Positions 9,333-18,964 of a DNA stretch of 63,108 nucleotides are shown here, in pieces. The notes under the pieces were generated by a model. That model did no database searches, was not told the origin of the DNA, and saw nothing but the letters and a program-made list of their open reading frames with translations. A program made the translations under genes and the position numbers. Every line of letters begins with the position of its first letter. The stretch's first letter is position 1. This DNA comes from a virus (Duplodnaviria > Caudoviricetes): the IMG/VR virus record IMGVR_UViG_3300032322_001062, positions 1 to 63,108 of that record; one strand, given 5' to 3'.

Positions 9333-10700
9333 CTACACGACGGTCCACGTCGACCCGGTCGGCACCTCGACGGTCACGCCCGTAGCAATGGTGACGGGGC
9401 CGAAGGTACCAGCATTCTTGCCAGACGGAATCAAATAGGATACCGACACGACCGTGTCGTTCAAGTAGAAGACTTGGTTGGCACCGCCGCCCGTGGCACC
9501 ACCGCCACCACCGATTGCACCCCACGTCGCCGATGTGTAGCCTTCGAAGGTATTGGAGCCACTGTTGAAGCGGATAAGGCCGGGTGTTACGGAAGTGGGC
9601 CGGGTAGCGGTAGTGCCCGAGTGGAGAAGAAGGGCGCTGTCGCCTGTGAAGTTGACGACGCTGGTGACGACGAGGCCACCGCTGACACTGACGCCGATAG
9701 TATTGGCTGCAACAGCGATGGCAAGCTGGCCGGTCATGGTGTCGCCGGCACGCAGGACGCGGAGGGAGGTTGCTGCCGAGACTGCGTTGATGGCTACGGT
9801 GTTGACGGAGACGGCAGCAGAGACTGTGCTGACCCGCACCTCAAGCGCCGAGACCACATTGTTAATGGACGTGATGGCTGCTGCATTGGTAACACCGGTA
9901 GCGGAGGCGGCACTAACGCGGATTTCGAGTGCCGACACCACGTTGTTGATAGAGGTGATTGCAGCCGCATTGGTTACGCCGGTTGCTGATGCAGCACTAA
10001 CCCTGATTTCGAGAGCAGAAACGACGTTGTTGATGGAGGTGATGGCGGCCGAGTTGGCAACGCCTGTAGCGGAAATTGCACTGACGCGGATTTCGAGGGC
10101 AGAGACTTCGGCGTCGAGGATGGCGACCGTGGACACAAGGGCCGCGATAGCCGACACGTCACCAATGGCCGAGAGCGCCGCTTCAACTAGGGAGACGCGC
10201 GTCGACAGTGCGGAAGTCACAGCATTGATAGAGGTGATCGCGGCGGTGTTGACCGACGTCAGGGCAGAGACCGCTGCCAATTGGATGTTGAGGCTAGACA
10301 CCGAAGCCGAGACTGCCGCAACACGATCAGCGAGAACAGAAACGACGTTGTTAGTAGAGGTGAGGGCCACGCCCAACGAAACGGCAGCCGCCGACACCGC
10401 ACTGACACGCACTTCAAGCGCCGAGACAACCGCATTGACGGACGTGATAGCGACCGCGTTGACAGAAGTGAGGGCCGAGACGACTGCGATCTGGGCAGCA
10501 TTGACGGAGACGGCAGCCGACACGACATCAAGGCGCGCGGAGACGGCGGCGAGGTCGTTGCTGACGGCGCTGGTAGCAAAGATGCCGATGGCCGACACAG
10601 TCGTCCGCAGTGTTCCGCTGTTCTGCACAATCGGAACAAGCTCAACCCCAGTAAGGGGGCCGGCTGGCGGAAGTTCAGAAATCTTTTTTGGATCGGCCAT
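9333..10700 (-). CDS. Tail fibre with S/A/V-rich coiled-coil shaft
   Basis: N-terminal KKISELP, 28-aa repeats, C-terminal GPVTIATGVTVEVPTGSTWTVV fibre motif. Confidence 0.75.
   Translation of the reverse strand: MADPKKISELPPAGPLTGVELVPIVQNSGTLRTTVSAIGIFATSAVSNDLAAVSARLDVVSAAVSVNAAQIAVVSALTSVNAVAITSVNAVVSALEVRVSAVSAAAVSLGVALTSTNNVVSVLADRVAAVSASVSSLNIQLAAVSALTSVNTAAITSINAVTSALSTRVSLVEAALSAIGDVSAIAALVSTVAILDAEVSALEIRVSAISATGVANSAAITSINNVVSALEIRVSAASATGVTNAAAITSINNVVSALEIRVSAASATGVTNAAAITSINNVVSALEVRVSTVSAAVSVNTVAINAVSAATSLRVLRAGDTMTGQLAIAVAANTIGVSVSGGLVVTSVVNFTGDSALLLHSGTTATRPTSVTPGLIRFNSGSNTFEGYTSATWGAIGGGGGATGGGANQVFYLNDTVVSVSYLIPSGKNAGTFGPVTIATGVTVEVPTGSTWTVV
9830..10110 (-). repeat. About 84-bp (28-aa) tandem repeats, SALEIRVSAASATGVTNAAAITSINNVV
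   Basis: Three near-identical units plus degenerate flanking copies visible in the translation; boundaries approximate. Confidence 0.85.
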
Positions 10701-10729
10701 CTTGGTTTCCCCTACGTCTCAGCTACTTG

Positions 10730-11230
10730 TTAGTTTACACCAAGTTGGTCATTATTTACAGGGGCCGCTGCCGGAGCCGGAGCGGAGGGTGCAGACCAGT
10801 TGAAAGTAAGGACAGCCAAGTCTTCTACGGTGGTGCAGGCGACGACGGCTGCTTCGTTGGCATCAGAGGCGGCACGGATGGCAGCGCGAGCAGCAAGCGT
10901 GTCGGGGTCGCAGGGCTTCGCGCCTTCGGCAGCCCGAACGACCTTCCAGTCAGTGGCAGCCAGCATGGAGCCGGCGATTGCCTTGACCTGCGCGATAGCG
11001 GCGGCCTTGAGCCCGTCGAGGTCCTTGGGCGTGGCTGTGAAGGTACCATCGCCGTTATCGGTCACCCAATAGTAGCGGTCGTCGGGGCGCGGCTGTTCCA
11101 CCACCTCCGTGATGCCAATGGCTTCGCGCTCTTCGGGGGAGGCTAGCCGCAGCCAGTTGGCCGGGTACTTGATGCCGTTCGATTCGAAGGGCATGTCAAT
11201 CGGCAGGGACACTCCATTAAGGAGAAACAT
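10730..11230 (-). CDS. Tail fibre assembly/accessory protein
   Basis: YPANWLRLASPEEREAIGI...DDRYYW...LAATDWKVVR motifs; next to fibre genes. Confidence 0.65.
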   Translation of the reverse strand: MFLLNGVSLPIDMPFESNGIKYPANWLRLASPEEREAIGITEVVEQPRPDDRYYWVTDNGDGTFTATPKDLDGLKAAAIAQVKAIAGSMLAATDWKVVRAAEGAKPCDPDTLAARAAIRAASDANEAAVVACTTVEDLAVLTFNWSAPSAPAPAAAPVNNDQLGVN

Positions 11231-13587
11231 CAGCGAGCCCTCGCTATCTTAAAAGGGTTTTCGGCAAAGGCCGCAAAAACATAGGTGCCGCCAGAGGCGT
11301 TTCGAGCCGCCCCCGTGCTACGCTGCTTAAATCCATTGGACAGGATGTCGATGGGGAAGCCGGCTGTACTGTTACCAATGCCGTCAGTCCGCTCCACCGT
11401 CGCAGCATTGGGAGTGAGGTTAAGATCCGTCGTATTCGCGGGCGCCCGCGCTGTATCGAAAACTACCCAGTCGCCCGTGGTATCGGTGCGCTTGAACATC
11501 ACCCAACGAGGGCGGAAGCCGCACCATATGAAGGGGCCGTCCGTCGAACCGTTGCCAGTGTAGGAGCCGAAACGGCTGAAACCTGGAACTTCTGACCAAA
11601 GGTAAGCAACATAGTTAAGGGTTGATCTGTTTACATCATTGTTAGCACCAACCGTAAATACGGAGGACGTAGGGCTGGTGCTATTCCACATGCTTGCCGT
11701 GGCGGCAGCATTTGTCAGGTTGAGGTACAGGTTCTGCGTGTTTGGCAAGGAGCCATGGTAGACACCCCAATGATCTGCAACGGTATTGTTCCGCGCCTTG
11801 ATAAGCATCAAGCGAGGCACAGCACCGAGATTGTGGGAAACATTCAGCGCACTGCCCGTGCCGGTGTATGTCACCACATCAAAGCCGGGCGTCACACCTT
11901 CATCCCATTGCCACGCGACATAAGTGGCAGTGTTGGTGTTGACCTGGGCGAGCGCGCCAATTGTGAAGCCGTCCGAGTTGAACGCGGTGAGGCCGGTCGT
12001 CTCGGTCGTCTCGGCGGTCGTGCTGTTGCTTTCAAGCTGAAGCTGAACGCCGCGCGTCGTGTCATATAGAGCGTGATCTGTGGCCGCAGACCGGGACTTG
12101 ATCCACACCAGATCGGGGGAGAACAACTCGCCCGTGATTGAACGCGAGGCGCCCGTGCCGGTGTAGGTGGCCACATCGAAATGCCGTGCGCCATTCTGGA
12201 TAATAGGCGTCGGCAGGTTCTGTGTATTCAACGCCAGAAAGCCGGTGGGCGGTGTGTAAGCGAAGGGACGCTGGCCGAAGTTTACCGCGTGCGTGGCCGC
12301 AGATGCAGAGTTATTTCCGTTCGCTGGGAACCACAAGCGTCCCGTCAAGTTGGTTGTGGCTGCTGGTCTTGTGTCGGTGGCCGGGTCCGAGCCGCCCTGC
12401 CATACGCCATTCTTGGAGAAGTATAGCCTACCGTTATCGAGATCAAGCGCGATACCAATGATGTCGTTTGTGGTGAAAGATGTATACGTCTGGATAATTG
12501 CGCCAGTACGGTATACAGTTCCGCCAAAGTTATAGCTAATACCATCTGCGCTTGTATAACCCGGATAATAGCTTTCTGCGGTACCGTGAACGAGAATGCC
12601 GGCAGCGCCAAGGCCGCCGCCCGTAATGGTGGTTTCCCAGTACCACTTGCCGCTACTAACGCCGGCAGTTGCCTTAACAATGCTGGTTGTCGCAAAAGGA
12701 ATGCTAACATCCAGATTTCCCGCCGAAATAGTGGAGCTACTGACGTCAAGCGGATTCCACGTTGCGTAGTTGCCCCGACCGTTAATGCGGTCGCCATAGT
12801 TGGTGGGGCTGTCAAACATGCTGTCAAAAGTGGTGCCTGCCGTCACGCTAATGTTCGTCGGCGTAAAGTTGTTACCGTTGCCCGAGAAGTCACGTCCGAT
12901 GGTTGTCGCAGTTGCGGCGCTGTTATTGGTGAACTTCAAGTAGGTGCCGTTAGTACCGTAAGTTCCGGTATAACGTCGAGGCATCCACACACCCGTAACC
13001 GGATCGGTCCGGCCAAAAGACGAAGCCGGCAGCGACTGCCCGTCAATAAAATGCACTTCGGCAAAGTACCCGTCGCAGGGAGATGCGCCGCCGTTGCCGA
13101 TGTATTGGACATTGGTGTTGCCCGCGTTGAACGCTTGGTTAAGTGAAGGATAACTCGCAGAGGAAAAAGAAGTAATCTGTGAACCGTTAACGAACAGCCT
13201 CACTCGATTGGAAGCGGTAGCCTGCGTGCTGTCATAGTTAAGAACAATATGATACCAAGCCGTGGGATCGCGGTAGAGAGCGGTCGTCTGAATGACCGTC
13301 GCAATGCCACCGTCGAAGAATGCCCGGATGGTATCGGAGGCAAACTCCAAAACGATCATGTTGCCGTTGCCGGCGGTGTTGCCGTTATAGGCAATATTGG
13401 CGCGAGATGCACCCAGCGCCCCACGCTTCACCCATGCACTCCAGGTACAGATGGTGCTGCTGGTAGAAGCCGTCGTTAGCGTGCGACTTAGCTGCGGACT
13501 CGCATTTGCGCGGAGTCGCAGCGACCGCTCGATGAGATAGTCACCGCTGCCCAGCAGAAGAGAGTTTACTTCGACCGGAAGTCCCAT
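11230..13587 (-). CDS. Tail/receptor-binding protein with ConA-like lectin and SPRY-like domains
   Basis: TWSAWVKRG, AWYHIVL, SGKWYWE, DIIGIALDLDNG, PDLVWIKSR, GFRPRWVMFK. Confidence 0.8.
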   Translation of the reverse strand: MGLPVEVNSLLLGSGDYLIERSLRLRANASPQLSRTLTTASTSSTICTWSAWVKRGALGASRANIAYNGNTAGNGNMIVLEFASDTIRAFFDGGIATVIQTTALYRDPTAWYHIVLNYDSTQATASNRVRLFVNGSQITSFSSASYPSLNQAFNAGNTNVQYIGNGGASPCDGYFAEVHFIDGQSLPASSFGRTDPVTGVWMPRRYTGTYGTNGTYLKFTNNSAATATTIGRDFSGNGNNFTPTNISVTAGTTFDSMFDSPTNYGDRINGRGNYATWNPLDVSSSTISAGNLDVSIPFATTSIVKATAGVSSGKWYWETTITGGGLGAAGILVHGTAESYYPGYTSADGISYNFGGTVYRTGAIIQTYTSFTTNDIIGIALDLDNGRLYFSKNGVWQGGSDPATDTRPAATTNLTGRLWFPANGNNSASAATHAVNFGQRPFAYTPPTGFLALNTQNLPTPIIQNGARHFDVATYTGTGASRSITGELFSPDLVWIKSRSAATDHALYDTTRGVQLQLESNSTTAETTETTGLTAFNSDGFTIGALAQVNTNTATYVAWQWDEGVTPGFDVVTYTGTGSALNVSHNLGAVPRLMLIKARNNTVADHWGVYHGSLPNTQNLYLNLTNAAATASMWNSTSPTSSVFTVGANNDVNRSTLNYVAYLWSEVPGFSRFGSYTGNGSTDGPFIWCGFRPRWVMFKRTDTTGDWVVFDTARAPANTTDLNLTPNAATVERTDGIGNSTAGFPIDILSNGFKQRSTGAARNASGGTYVFAAFAENPFKIARAR

Positions 13588-13590
13588 GAC

Positions 13591-14037
13591 CTAGCCAATG
13601 TTAACAATAAGCTGGGCAGCAATGCTGGTCGAGGATCGCACCGAGTACACCAGCACATCAATCGCATTTGCGGTCGTCGTCAACGACGGGGCCGAGCCGC
13701 TCGGAAAGTCCCATGACGAACCATACGCAAGGGTACGGCCACCCGTCGCGTCCTGCGTGATGAAGATCACGCCCGACTGCCCCGGCTCCAAGTTGGTCGG
13801 ATTGGCAAGCGTGCGGTTGCCGCCGAGCGTCACGGAGAAGTTGTTGGCCGTGCCGAAGTTCGGCGTGATCGTCGCACCGTCAGTCAGAGCAGAGATGTTC
13901 ATGGCCGCATTGCCGCTAACATACAGCCTCTGCGCCTGCCCGCTCGTACCCACATTGACATTGCCGCTGGAGTCCAGCACGATGTTGTTGATCGCGGAGG
14001 CGTTGTGCTTGAGGTTCGTCGTGACTACAGTGCTCAT
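13591..14037 (-). CDS. Small tail fibre protein
   Basis: NNFSVTLGGNRTLANPTN...QDATGGRTL...APSLTTTANAIDVL fibre domain. Confidence 0.7.
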   Translation of the reverse strand: MSTVVTTNLKHNASAINNIVLDSSGNVNVGTSGQAQRLYVSGNAAMNISALTDGATITPNFGTANNFSVTLGGNRTLANPTNLEPGQSGVIFITQDATGGRTLAYGSSWDFPSGSAPSLTTTANAIDVLVYSVRSSTSIAAQLIVNIG

Positions 14038-14047
14038 GGTCGCAGTC

Positions 14048-14731
14048 TCATTCGTAAAGAATGTTGACGTTGCCGGCGTCGAACAGGTCGGTGCCGTTCA
14101 CCGTAGTAAGGCGCACTCGATCAAGTGTGCCGCCAAGCGTCTTTGCGCCCGAAGAAATGCCCAGCGCGCTCGCATTTGAAAGACTGATAATACCTTGCTC
14201 AGCCCATGTGTTGGACCCTACAAGCGACATAATAATGCTACCGCACCACAAATTGGTAGCACCGTTTGCTGGAGAAAGCATAAACCCCGTAGTCATCCCG
14301 GAGTATGTAGCACCCGGATAGAACGACGTTCCACGATAGTTAGTAAGTTCAAGGCCCGAAGACGTACCAAGCTGCACAATAAGATTACTGCTGCCATTGG
14401 TACTAACACCATCGAGCATCATGGTAATACGCCGCACCCACGATGGGATACCCGTGAAATCCACAAAGGTACCGCTGGTACTCGCCTTGATAGTATCCGA
14501 GACAAGAGAGTAGATATCGGATGCAACACCCGCCGACCTTATAGTGCCGGTGAAGACGGCGTTGCCGCTGCTGTTGAGCCGCAGGCTCTCGGTGCCGCCC
14601 TCAGAGAATGCAATGGTGTCAGCCGCAGGGAACCACATCCCCGTGTTGGTATCGGTGCCTTGGATCGCGGGCGTCCCGGTGGAACCGTCCGTGCCAGAGA
14701 TGCCGGTAGAGCCGTTGATGATGACGGGCAT
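14048..14731 (-). CDS. Small tail fibre protein (paralog of 14735..15349)
   Basis: DTNTGMWFPAADTIAF; shared C-terminal VDFTGIPSW...TTVNGTDLFDAG. Confidence 0.7.
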   Translation of the reverse strand: MPVIINGSTGISGTDGSTGTPAIQGTDTNTGMWFPAADTIAFSEGGTESLRLNSSGNAVFTGTIRSAGVASDIYSLVSDTIKASTSGTFVDFTGIPSWVRRITMMLDGVSTNGSSNLIVQLGTSSGLELTNYRGTSFYPGATYSGMTTGFMLSPANGATNLWCGSIIMSLVGSNTWAEQGIISLSNASALGISSGAKTLGGTLDRVRLTTVNGTDLFDAGNVNILYE

Positions 14732-14734
14732 CTC

Positions 14735-15349
14735 TTAGCCCTCGTACAGGATGTTGATGGAACCAGCGTCGAAGAGGTCGGTGCCGTTCACCGTGGTGAT
14801 GCGAATCCGGTCTAGGGCACCCGAAAGATTCGGAGAAAACCCGGCAGCATGGTTCCCGCTTGTAGCATTGCTAAAAGTCGTCACAGAACTAAATATCCAA
14901 GTGTTGCTCGAAACATTAACTAGCGTAGCAAGACCGGACTGCCCTGTTGCTGCTGTTATTTGAAAAGTAACTAGAAGACCTATTGTAGACGCCGTGGCAA
15001 GGCTTGCCGAGCTTGCGGTACTATTATAACCCGTCGTCGTAAAAGAACCCGAACCAATCTGAATGAGTAGGTTGCTAGTCCCGTTTGTACTGACGTTGTT
15101 AAAAATTACCGTGATACGGCGTGCCCAAGACGGAATGCCCGTAAAATCTACAAAAGCACCACTGGTACTAGCCTTAGCGGTGTCCAAGGTCAGGGGCTGG
15201 GACAGCATTGCAGGCGTCACAACGGCCGTGCTGCCAGTGGTCACCAGCGTGCCAGTGTTGGCGGGGACAGTCGCAGAGAAATTGGCGCCCGTGCTAGGCA
15301 CGTCGAGGGTGACGCTGCCACCACCAGAGCTATTGAGCTTGAGCGGCAT
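14735..15349 (-). CDS. Small tail fibre protein (paralog of 14048..14731)
   Basis: Shared KASTSG.FVDFTGIPSW and LDR.R.TTVNGTDLFDAG..NILYE. Confidence 0.7.
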   Translation of the reverse strand: MPLKLNSSGGGSVTLDVPSTGANFSATVPANTGTLVTTGSTAVVTPAMLSQPLTLDTAKASTSGAFVDFTGIPSWARRITVIFNNVSTNGTSNLLIQIGSGSFTTTGYNSTASSASLATASTIGLLVTFQITAATGQSGLATLVNVSSNTWIFSSVTTFSNATSGNHAAGFSPNLSGALDRIRITTVNGTDLFDAGSINILYEG

Positions 15350-15466
15350 CTAGATTAGTCTTTCCAGCCGCTTCCCGGCCGAAGCATCTGCGGACTCATT
15401 CTACCTATCCTTGATTAGCGGAAAAGTATAACATACGCAGGCAAAGTATTCCAGTGGAAGAGAAGC

Positions 15467-15748
15467 TTAGTGGTCATCGACCTCTTCACCTTCATCACCC
15501 GCCGGCCCAGAGCCGTCGCCCCAAAGCAACTCATACACAGCATCCGACATTCCCTTGGCCAGACACACCGAAAACGGTATGGTCGTCGCGCGAACCTCGC
15601 CATTCTCCTCCCACGCAATCAAAACCGCACTGGGAGACCGTGCCATCACCTTGGAAATCGCCAACGCCACCTTCTTATCGAGAGCCGCCATCTCAGCAAA
15701 CTCTTCGAGGGCGTCTAATGCCTCCTTGCTGGGCGCGGCCGGGGCCAC
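15467..15748 (-). CDS. Hypothetical protein
   Basis: GGAGGA RBS; co-oriented with neighbours. Confidence 0.55.
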   Translation of the reverse strand: MAPAAPSKEALDALEEFAEMAALDKKVALAISKVMARSPSAVLIAWEENGEVRATTIPFSVCLAKGMSDAVYELLWGDGSGPAGDEGEEVDDH

Positions 15749-15750
15749 GA

Positions 15751-15954
15751 TCAGTCCTCCGTCCGACCAAACAGGTCCTCAACGTCGTCGTCGACCTCTT
15801 CAGCCTCCTGAATTTCCTCGATCAGGTCCTCGACCATGTCCTTGGCCTGCTCCGGGTCCTCGATCTCGAACTCTTCAAGGTAATTCGGGTCCGTCTCCGG
15901 CGCACTCACCGAGAAGAAGAACACCCCACCCCTATATTCCACGCTAAACTGCAT
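15751..15954 (-). CDS. Small, very acidic protein
   Basis: 67 aa, D/E-rich, with its own upstream promoter. Confidence 0.65.
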   Translation of the reverse strand: MQFSVEYRGGVFFFSVSAPETDPNYLEEFEIEDPEQAKDMVEDLIEEIQEAEEVDDDVEDLFGRTED

Positions 15955-15987
15955 AACCTTGCCCTCAAAAGGTAGAAGCCGATAGGA

Positions 15988-16016
15988 ATAGTACCCTACC
16001 GGCTTCCAGAAGTCAA
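15988..16016 (-). promoter_or_regulatory. Sigma70-like promoter embedded in a terminator-like hairpin
   Basis: TTGACT-N17-TACTAT; stem GAAGCCGGTAGG/CCTATCGGCTTC. Confidence 0.6.
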
Positions 16017-16228
16017 GACTTACGGGCCCTTAGAGGCAGCACCTCCATGACGGCCCGCCGTTCTTCATCAGTAAATCCGCGCCATCCCGCCAACTCCTCA
16101 AGAGTACGGCGGCAGGAGGTACAGCAAGCAGGCTCAACAGCCCGATTAACACTACACTTTCCATTACACGGGCTCTCGATCTTAGCGGATCGGGCAAGCC
16201 CCGGTTGCGCACTCGCTCCCGGTGTCAA
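16013..16228 (-). CDS. DUF1289-like Cys-rich small protein
   Basis: ESPCNGKC...CTSCRRTLEELAGW...EERRAV signature; TTG start with AGGAG RBS inside the nrdJ 3' end. Confidence 0.7.
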   Translation of the reverse strand: MTPGASAQPGLARSAKIESPCNGKCSVNRAVEPACCTSCRRTLEELAGWRGFTDEERRAVMEVLPLRARKS

Positions 16229-18215
16229 TTTCGAACTCCTGCTCGTCCTTATCGCCCTCTTCAGCCCCCTTCTGACCGCCTTCCAGCGGCTTCAGGGTGT
16301 CCGCATAGGCCCGGAACGTCGCCTCGTCCACCACTTCCTGCGGCAGATACAGGTAACCAAGGTCCTTAGCGGTCTTCGTCGGGTCAGTCCGGTACAGGAA
16401 GCTCACGCCCACATAGTGATCCCAGTTCTGATGCAGCCATTCCGCCGAAGCAGCCGCCTCTTCCGGGCTGTAGCTGATCGTGACCGAGCAGTTATGGTCC
16501 ACATAATGGTCCATCAGCAGCTTATAACGGTCCAACTGCACCGTCGCCGGCTCCAGATTCACGAACTTGCCGTCCACTTCATCGAACTTGACGTTCTCAT
16601 AAGCGACGGGGAACGTGACCAGAACGGCATCCGGGCTGGACGGGTCCTGAAACACGCGGTAGTTCGCGGCAATCAGCTTCTCAACATACGGATCGTGCTT
16701 GCTGAACCGCACATTGTTGAAGATGAACTTGCCCAGCGGCTTATGAACACCCTCAGTCGTGTCCATAATCTTGCTCAGAGTGCCCGACGGCTTGACCGTC
16801 GTGACCGCCTTCGGCCGGGGAAGCCCGAGTTCGTCGGCCATCTTGTACGCAGCCGTCTTCGCCGTCAGCTTCAGCGTCTGCCAAGCCTTCGGATCGTCCG
16901 CATACTCCCACTCAGCAACGCCCGTAATGCCCACGCCGCACAGCCGCAGGAACTCATTGTTCTCATGCCACGCGCGCTGAAGCACACCATCCACCAGATT
17001 CACGCAGGTCTGGCGGTAGTTGGCACGCGCCAGCAGTTCAGCCGTGCGCCACAGGCGATTCACCGCCTCGCCATTATAAAGGCTCAGGTTGATTTCAACC
17101 AGATTGCAGAAGCCCTTATTCGGCAGCAGGATCTCGGCGCAGGGATTCACGCCCGAAATCCACGGGGCACGGCGCTTACCCTCCACCATATTGATGAAGC
17201 CCGGCTCCGAGCCCCCAGCTTCCTGCATCAGATCAAACAGTTCCGTGATGTCGGCCTGCGTAGGACGCGACTTGAACATCACCGAGTTGTTGGACTGCTG
17301 CCGGTGGAAGTTGTTATGAACCCAGAAGTCCTTCTTCGCCTTCGCAAACTCCACCCATTCCGGGTCGCCATGCGGAACCAGTGCAATCTCAGCCGAACGC
17401 CGGCTGGAAAGGGTGGTGCCAAGGTGGTTGAGCAGGTCGAGGATGTCAATCCGGCTCAGAAGCTGGCCCGCCCGCTTGTTGAGAACTTCCGCGATCCGCT
17501 CCATCGCGGGCGCGAAAGTCTCATCGCCGCTCGAAATCCAGCCATACCCGCGCAGGCGCTGACCAGCCGGACGAATCTGGCTGAAGTCGAGACGAAGCAC
17601 ATCAGCCTTCCGCTTGCCAGCCAGCACCTTGCCAACCGACTTGGCCCACGCTTCGGCGCTGTCACCCACGCTAATAGTCCAGACGGTCTTGCCATCCTCC
17701 TGCGTGTAGGTCTCGACGTTGGTCTCGCGGCCCTTCTTCTGCTCCAGCAGATGACGCTCGCTGCGCACCAACTGAATGTCCATCGGCGTCGTGAACCCGT
17801 TCAGCGTCCCAACCACCGGCTCGAAGCCGACGCCACAACCCTGCAACAGCAGCCAGAACGCATCCACCACATCATGCACGGTCTCGATCTTCGTGAACGC
17901 GCAGTTGAACATGCTGGCCTCACGGCGCTTTGCAACTTCCGTGCCACCGAGCCACAGCGTCCGGCCGCTCACGGACCCAGCCCGGGTCAGCAGCACCTCA
18001 CGCAGTTCCTCAAGCTCGTCCTCCTGCATGATGTCCAGCGGCTTGTCGCCCAGAGCCCGCTGCCACAGCCAACGCTGGTGGCTGATCACGCGGCCCACAA
18101 TATCTTCCCACGACTCAAACCCACCGCCTTCGGTCGGGCGGGCATAGGTACGACGAATGATCGTGGCAGCGCGCGCGGACGGCATGCGCGGCTCATCGAA
18201 GTTACGCATCAACAA
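16182..18215 (-). CDS. nrdJ: Class II (B12-dependent) ribonucleotide reductase
   Basis: FNCAF, GCGVGF, RRSAEIAL, NPCAEI, TVKPSGTLS, C-terminal CATGACPIR. Confidence 0.95.
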   Translation of the reverse strand: MLMRNFDEPRMPSARAATIIRRTYARPTEGGGFESWEDIVGRVISHQRWLWQRALGDKPLDIMQEDELEELREVLLTRAGSVSGRTLWLGGTEVAKRREASMFNCAFTKIETVHDVVDAFWLLLQGCGVGFEPVVGTLNGFTTPMDIQLVRSERHLLEQKKGRETNVETYTQEDGKTVWTISVGDSAEAWAKSVGKVLAGKRKADVLRLDFSQIRPAGQRLRGYGWISSGDETFAPAMERIAEVLNKRAGQLLSRIDILDLLNHLGTTLSSRRSAEIALVPHGDPEWVEFAKAKKDFWVHNNFHRQQSNNSVMFKSRPTQADITELFDLMQEAGGSEPGFINMVEGKRRAPWISGVNPCAEILLPNKGFCNLVEINLSLYNGEAVNRLWRTAELLARANYRQTCVNLVDGVLQRAWHENNEFLRLCGVGITGVAEWEYADDPKAWQTLKLTAKTAAYKMADELGLPRPKAVTTVKPSGTLSKIMDTTEGVHKPLGKFIFNNVRFSKHDPYVEKLIAANYRVFQDPSSPDAVLVTFPVAYENVKFDEVDGKFVNLEPATVQLDRYKLLMDHYVDHNCSVTISYSPEEAAASAEWLHQNWDHYVGVSFLYRTDPTKTAKDLGYLYLPQEVVDEATFRAYADTLKPLEGGQKGAEEGDKDEQEFEIDTGSECATGACPIR

Positions 18216-18264
18216 CTCCCTATATCAGGTGAACAACCACTATACCAAAAACCAGCCCACTTTA

Positions 18265-18903
18265 CTACCGCGCTGCGGTCAGGGCTGCCCACGAAAACGG
18301 GAAAAGCTCTGCCATCTTAGGCCCAATCTTCTCCACAACCTCGCGGGTTTCACGCTGCGCATCAGGCTTGACCCGAAGGCCCCACACCCGCGCCCAGCCC
18401 AGCAAACTACCAGTCCAGTGCCACTCCGTATACATGTTCTGCGGCAGGATCATCCGCGCCTGCTCGGCACAGCAACCCTCCGCAACCATGCGCTTGTAAT
18501 CCCACACCAGCGACCGGGCCGCAATATCCACCCGCTCCGTCACACCATACTTGTCCTGCCACTGTTCGTCGGTGCTACCCTGCTTGATATCCTCAGAACC
18601 CCGACGCCACTCGCGCGGCCAGTACAGTTCCGGCGTATCCTTCACATAGCGGCGGCTGATCTCGCTCCACACGAAGCCGATCTGGTGCTTGGCCAACTGC
18701 CTCGCAACAAAGATCGGTGCCTTGAAGTGGAAGCTCACATGCGGGTGCGCGAACGGCAACTCATGCTTATGCCGCGCCAGATAGCTCAGAAGCCGGCCAT
18801 CCTTCTCAGGCCGGAACTCCTGCACCCGCTTCCCAAACGACACGCGGGCCGCGTTGACAACCGTCAGGTCGTCCCCGTAGTGGCCCAGATAGGTCACATC
18901 CAC
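18265..18903 (-). CDS. thyX: Flavin-dependent thymidylate synthase
   Basis: VVNAARVSF, PIFVARQLAKHQ, SEISRRY, EQARMILP, AQRETRE. Confidence 0.95.
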   Translation of the reverse strand: MDVTYLGHYGDDLTVVNAARVSFGKRVQEFRPEKDGRLLSYLARHKHELPFAHPHVSFHFKAPIFVARQLAKHQIGFVWSEISRRYVKDTPELYWPREWRRGSEDIKQGSTDEQWQDKYGVTERVDIAARSLVWDYKRMVAEGCCAEQARMILPQNMYTEWHWTGSLLGWARVWGLRVKPDAQRETREVVEKIGPKMAELFPFSWAALTAAR

Positions 18904-18932
18904 CGATAGCTCTCCTCGTTGATGGGAGACGC

Positions 18933-18961
18933 AATCTAGTCCCGAACTCTCAGCTTGTCAA
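18933..18961 (-). promoter_or_regulatory. Sigma70 promoter for thyX-nrdJ
   Basis: TTGACA-N17-TAGATT, then GAGGAG RBS and GTG start. Confidence 0.75.
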
Positions 18962-18964
18962 GGA

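Noticed and set aside
14048-15349. Diversity-generating retroelement TR/VR pair
   Set aside because: No reverse transcriptase in the genome; differences look like ordinary paralog divergence, not adenine-specific changes.
16047-18320. 757-aa plus-strand ORF (also 3269..4369, 7941..9257, 48425..50281, 51632..53497, 57436..59499)
   Set aside because: Antisense shadows of clear minus-strand genes in GC-rich DNA; no recognisable motifs.
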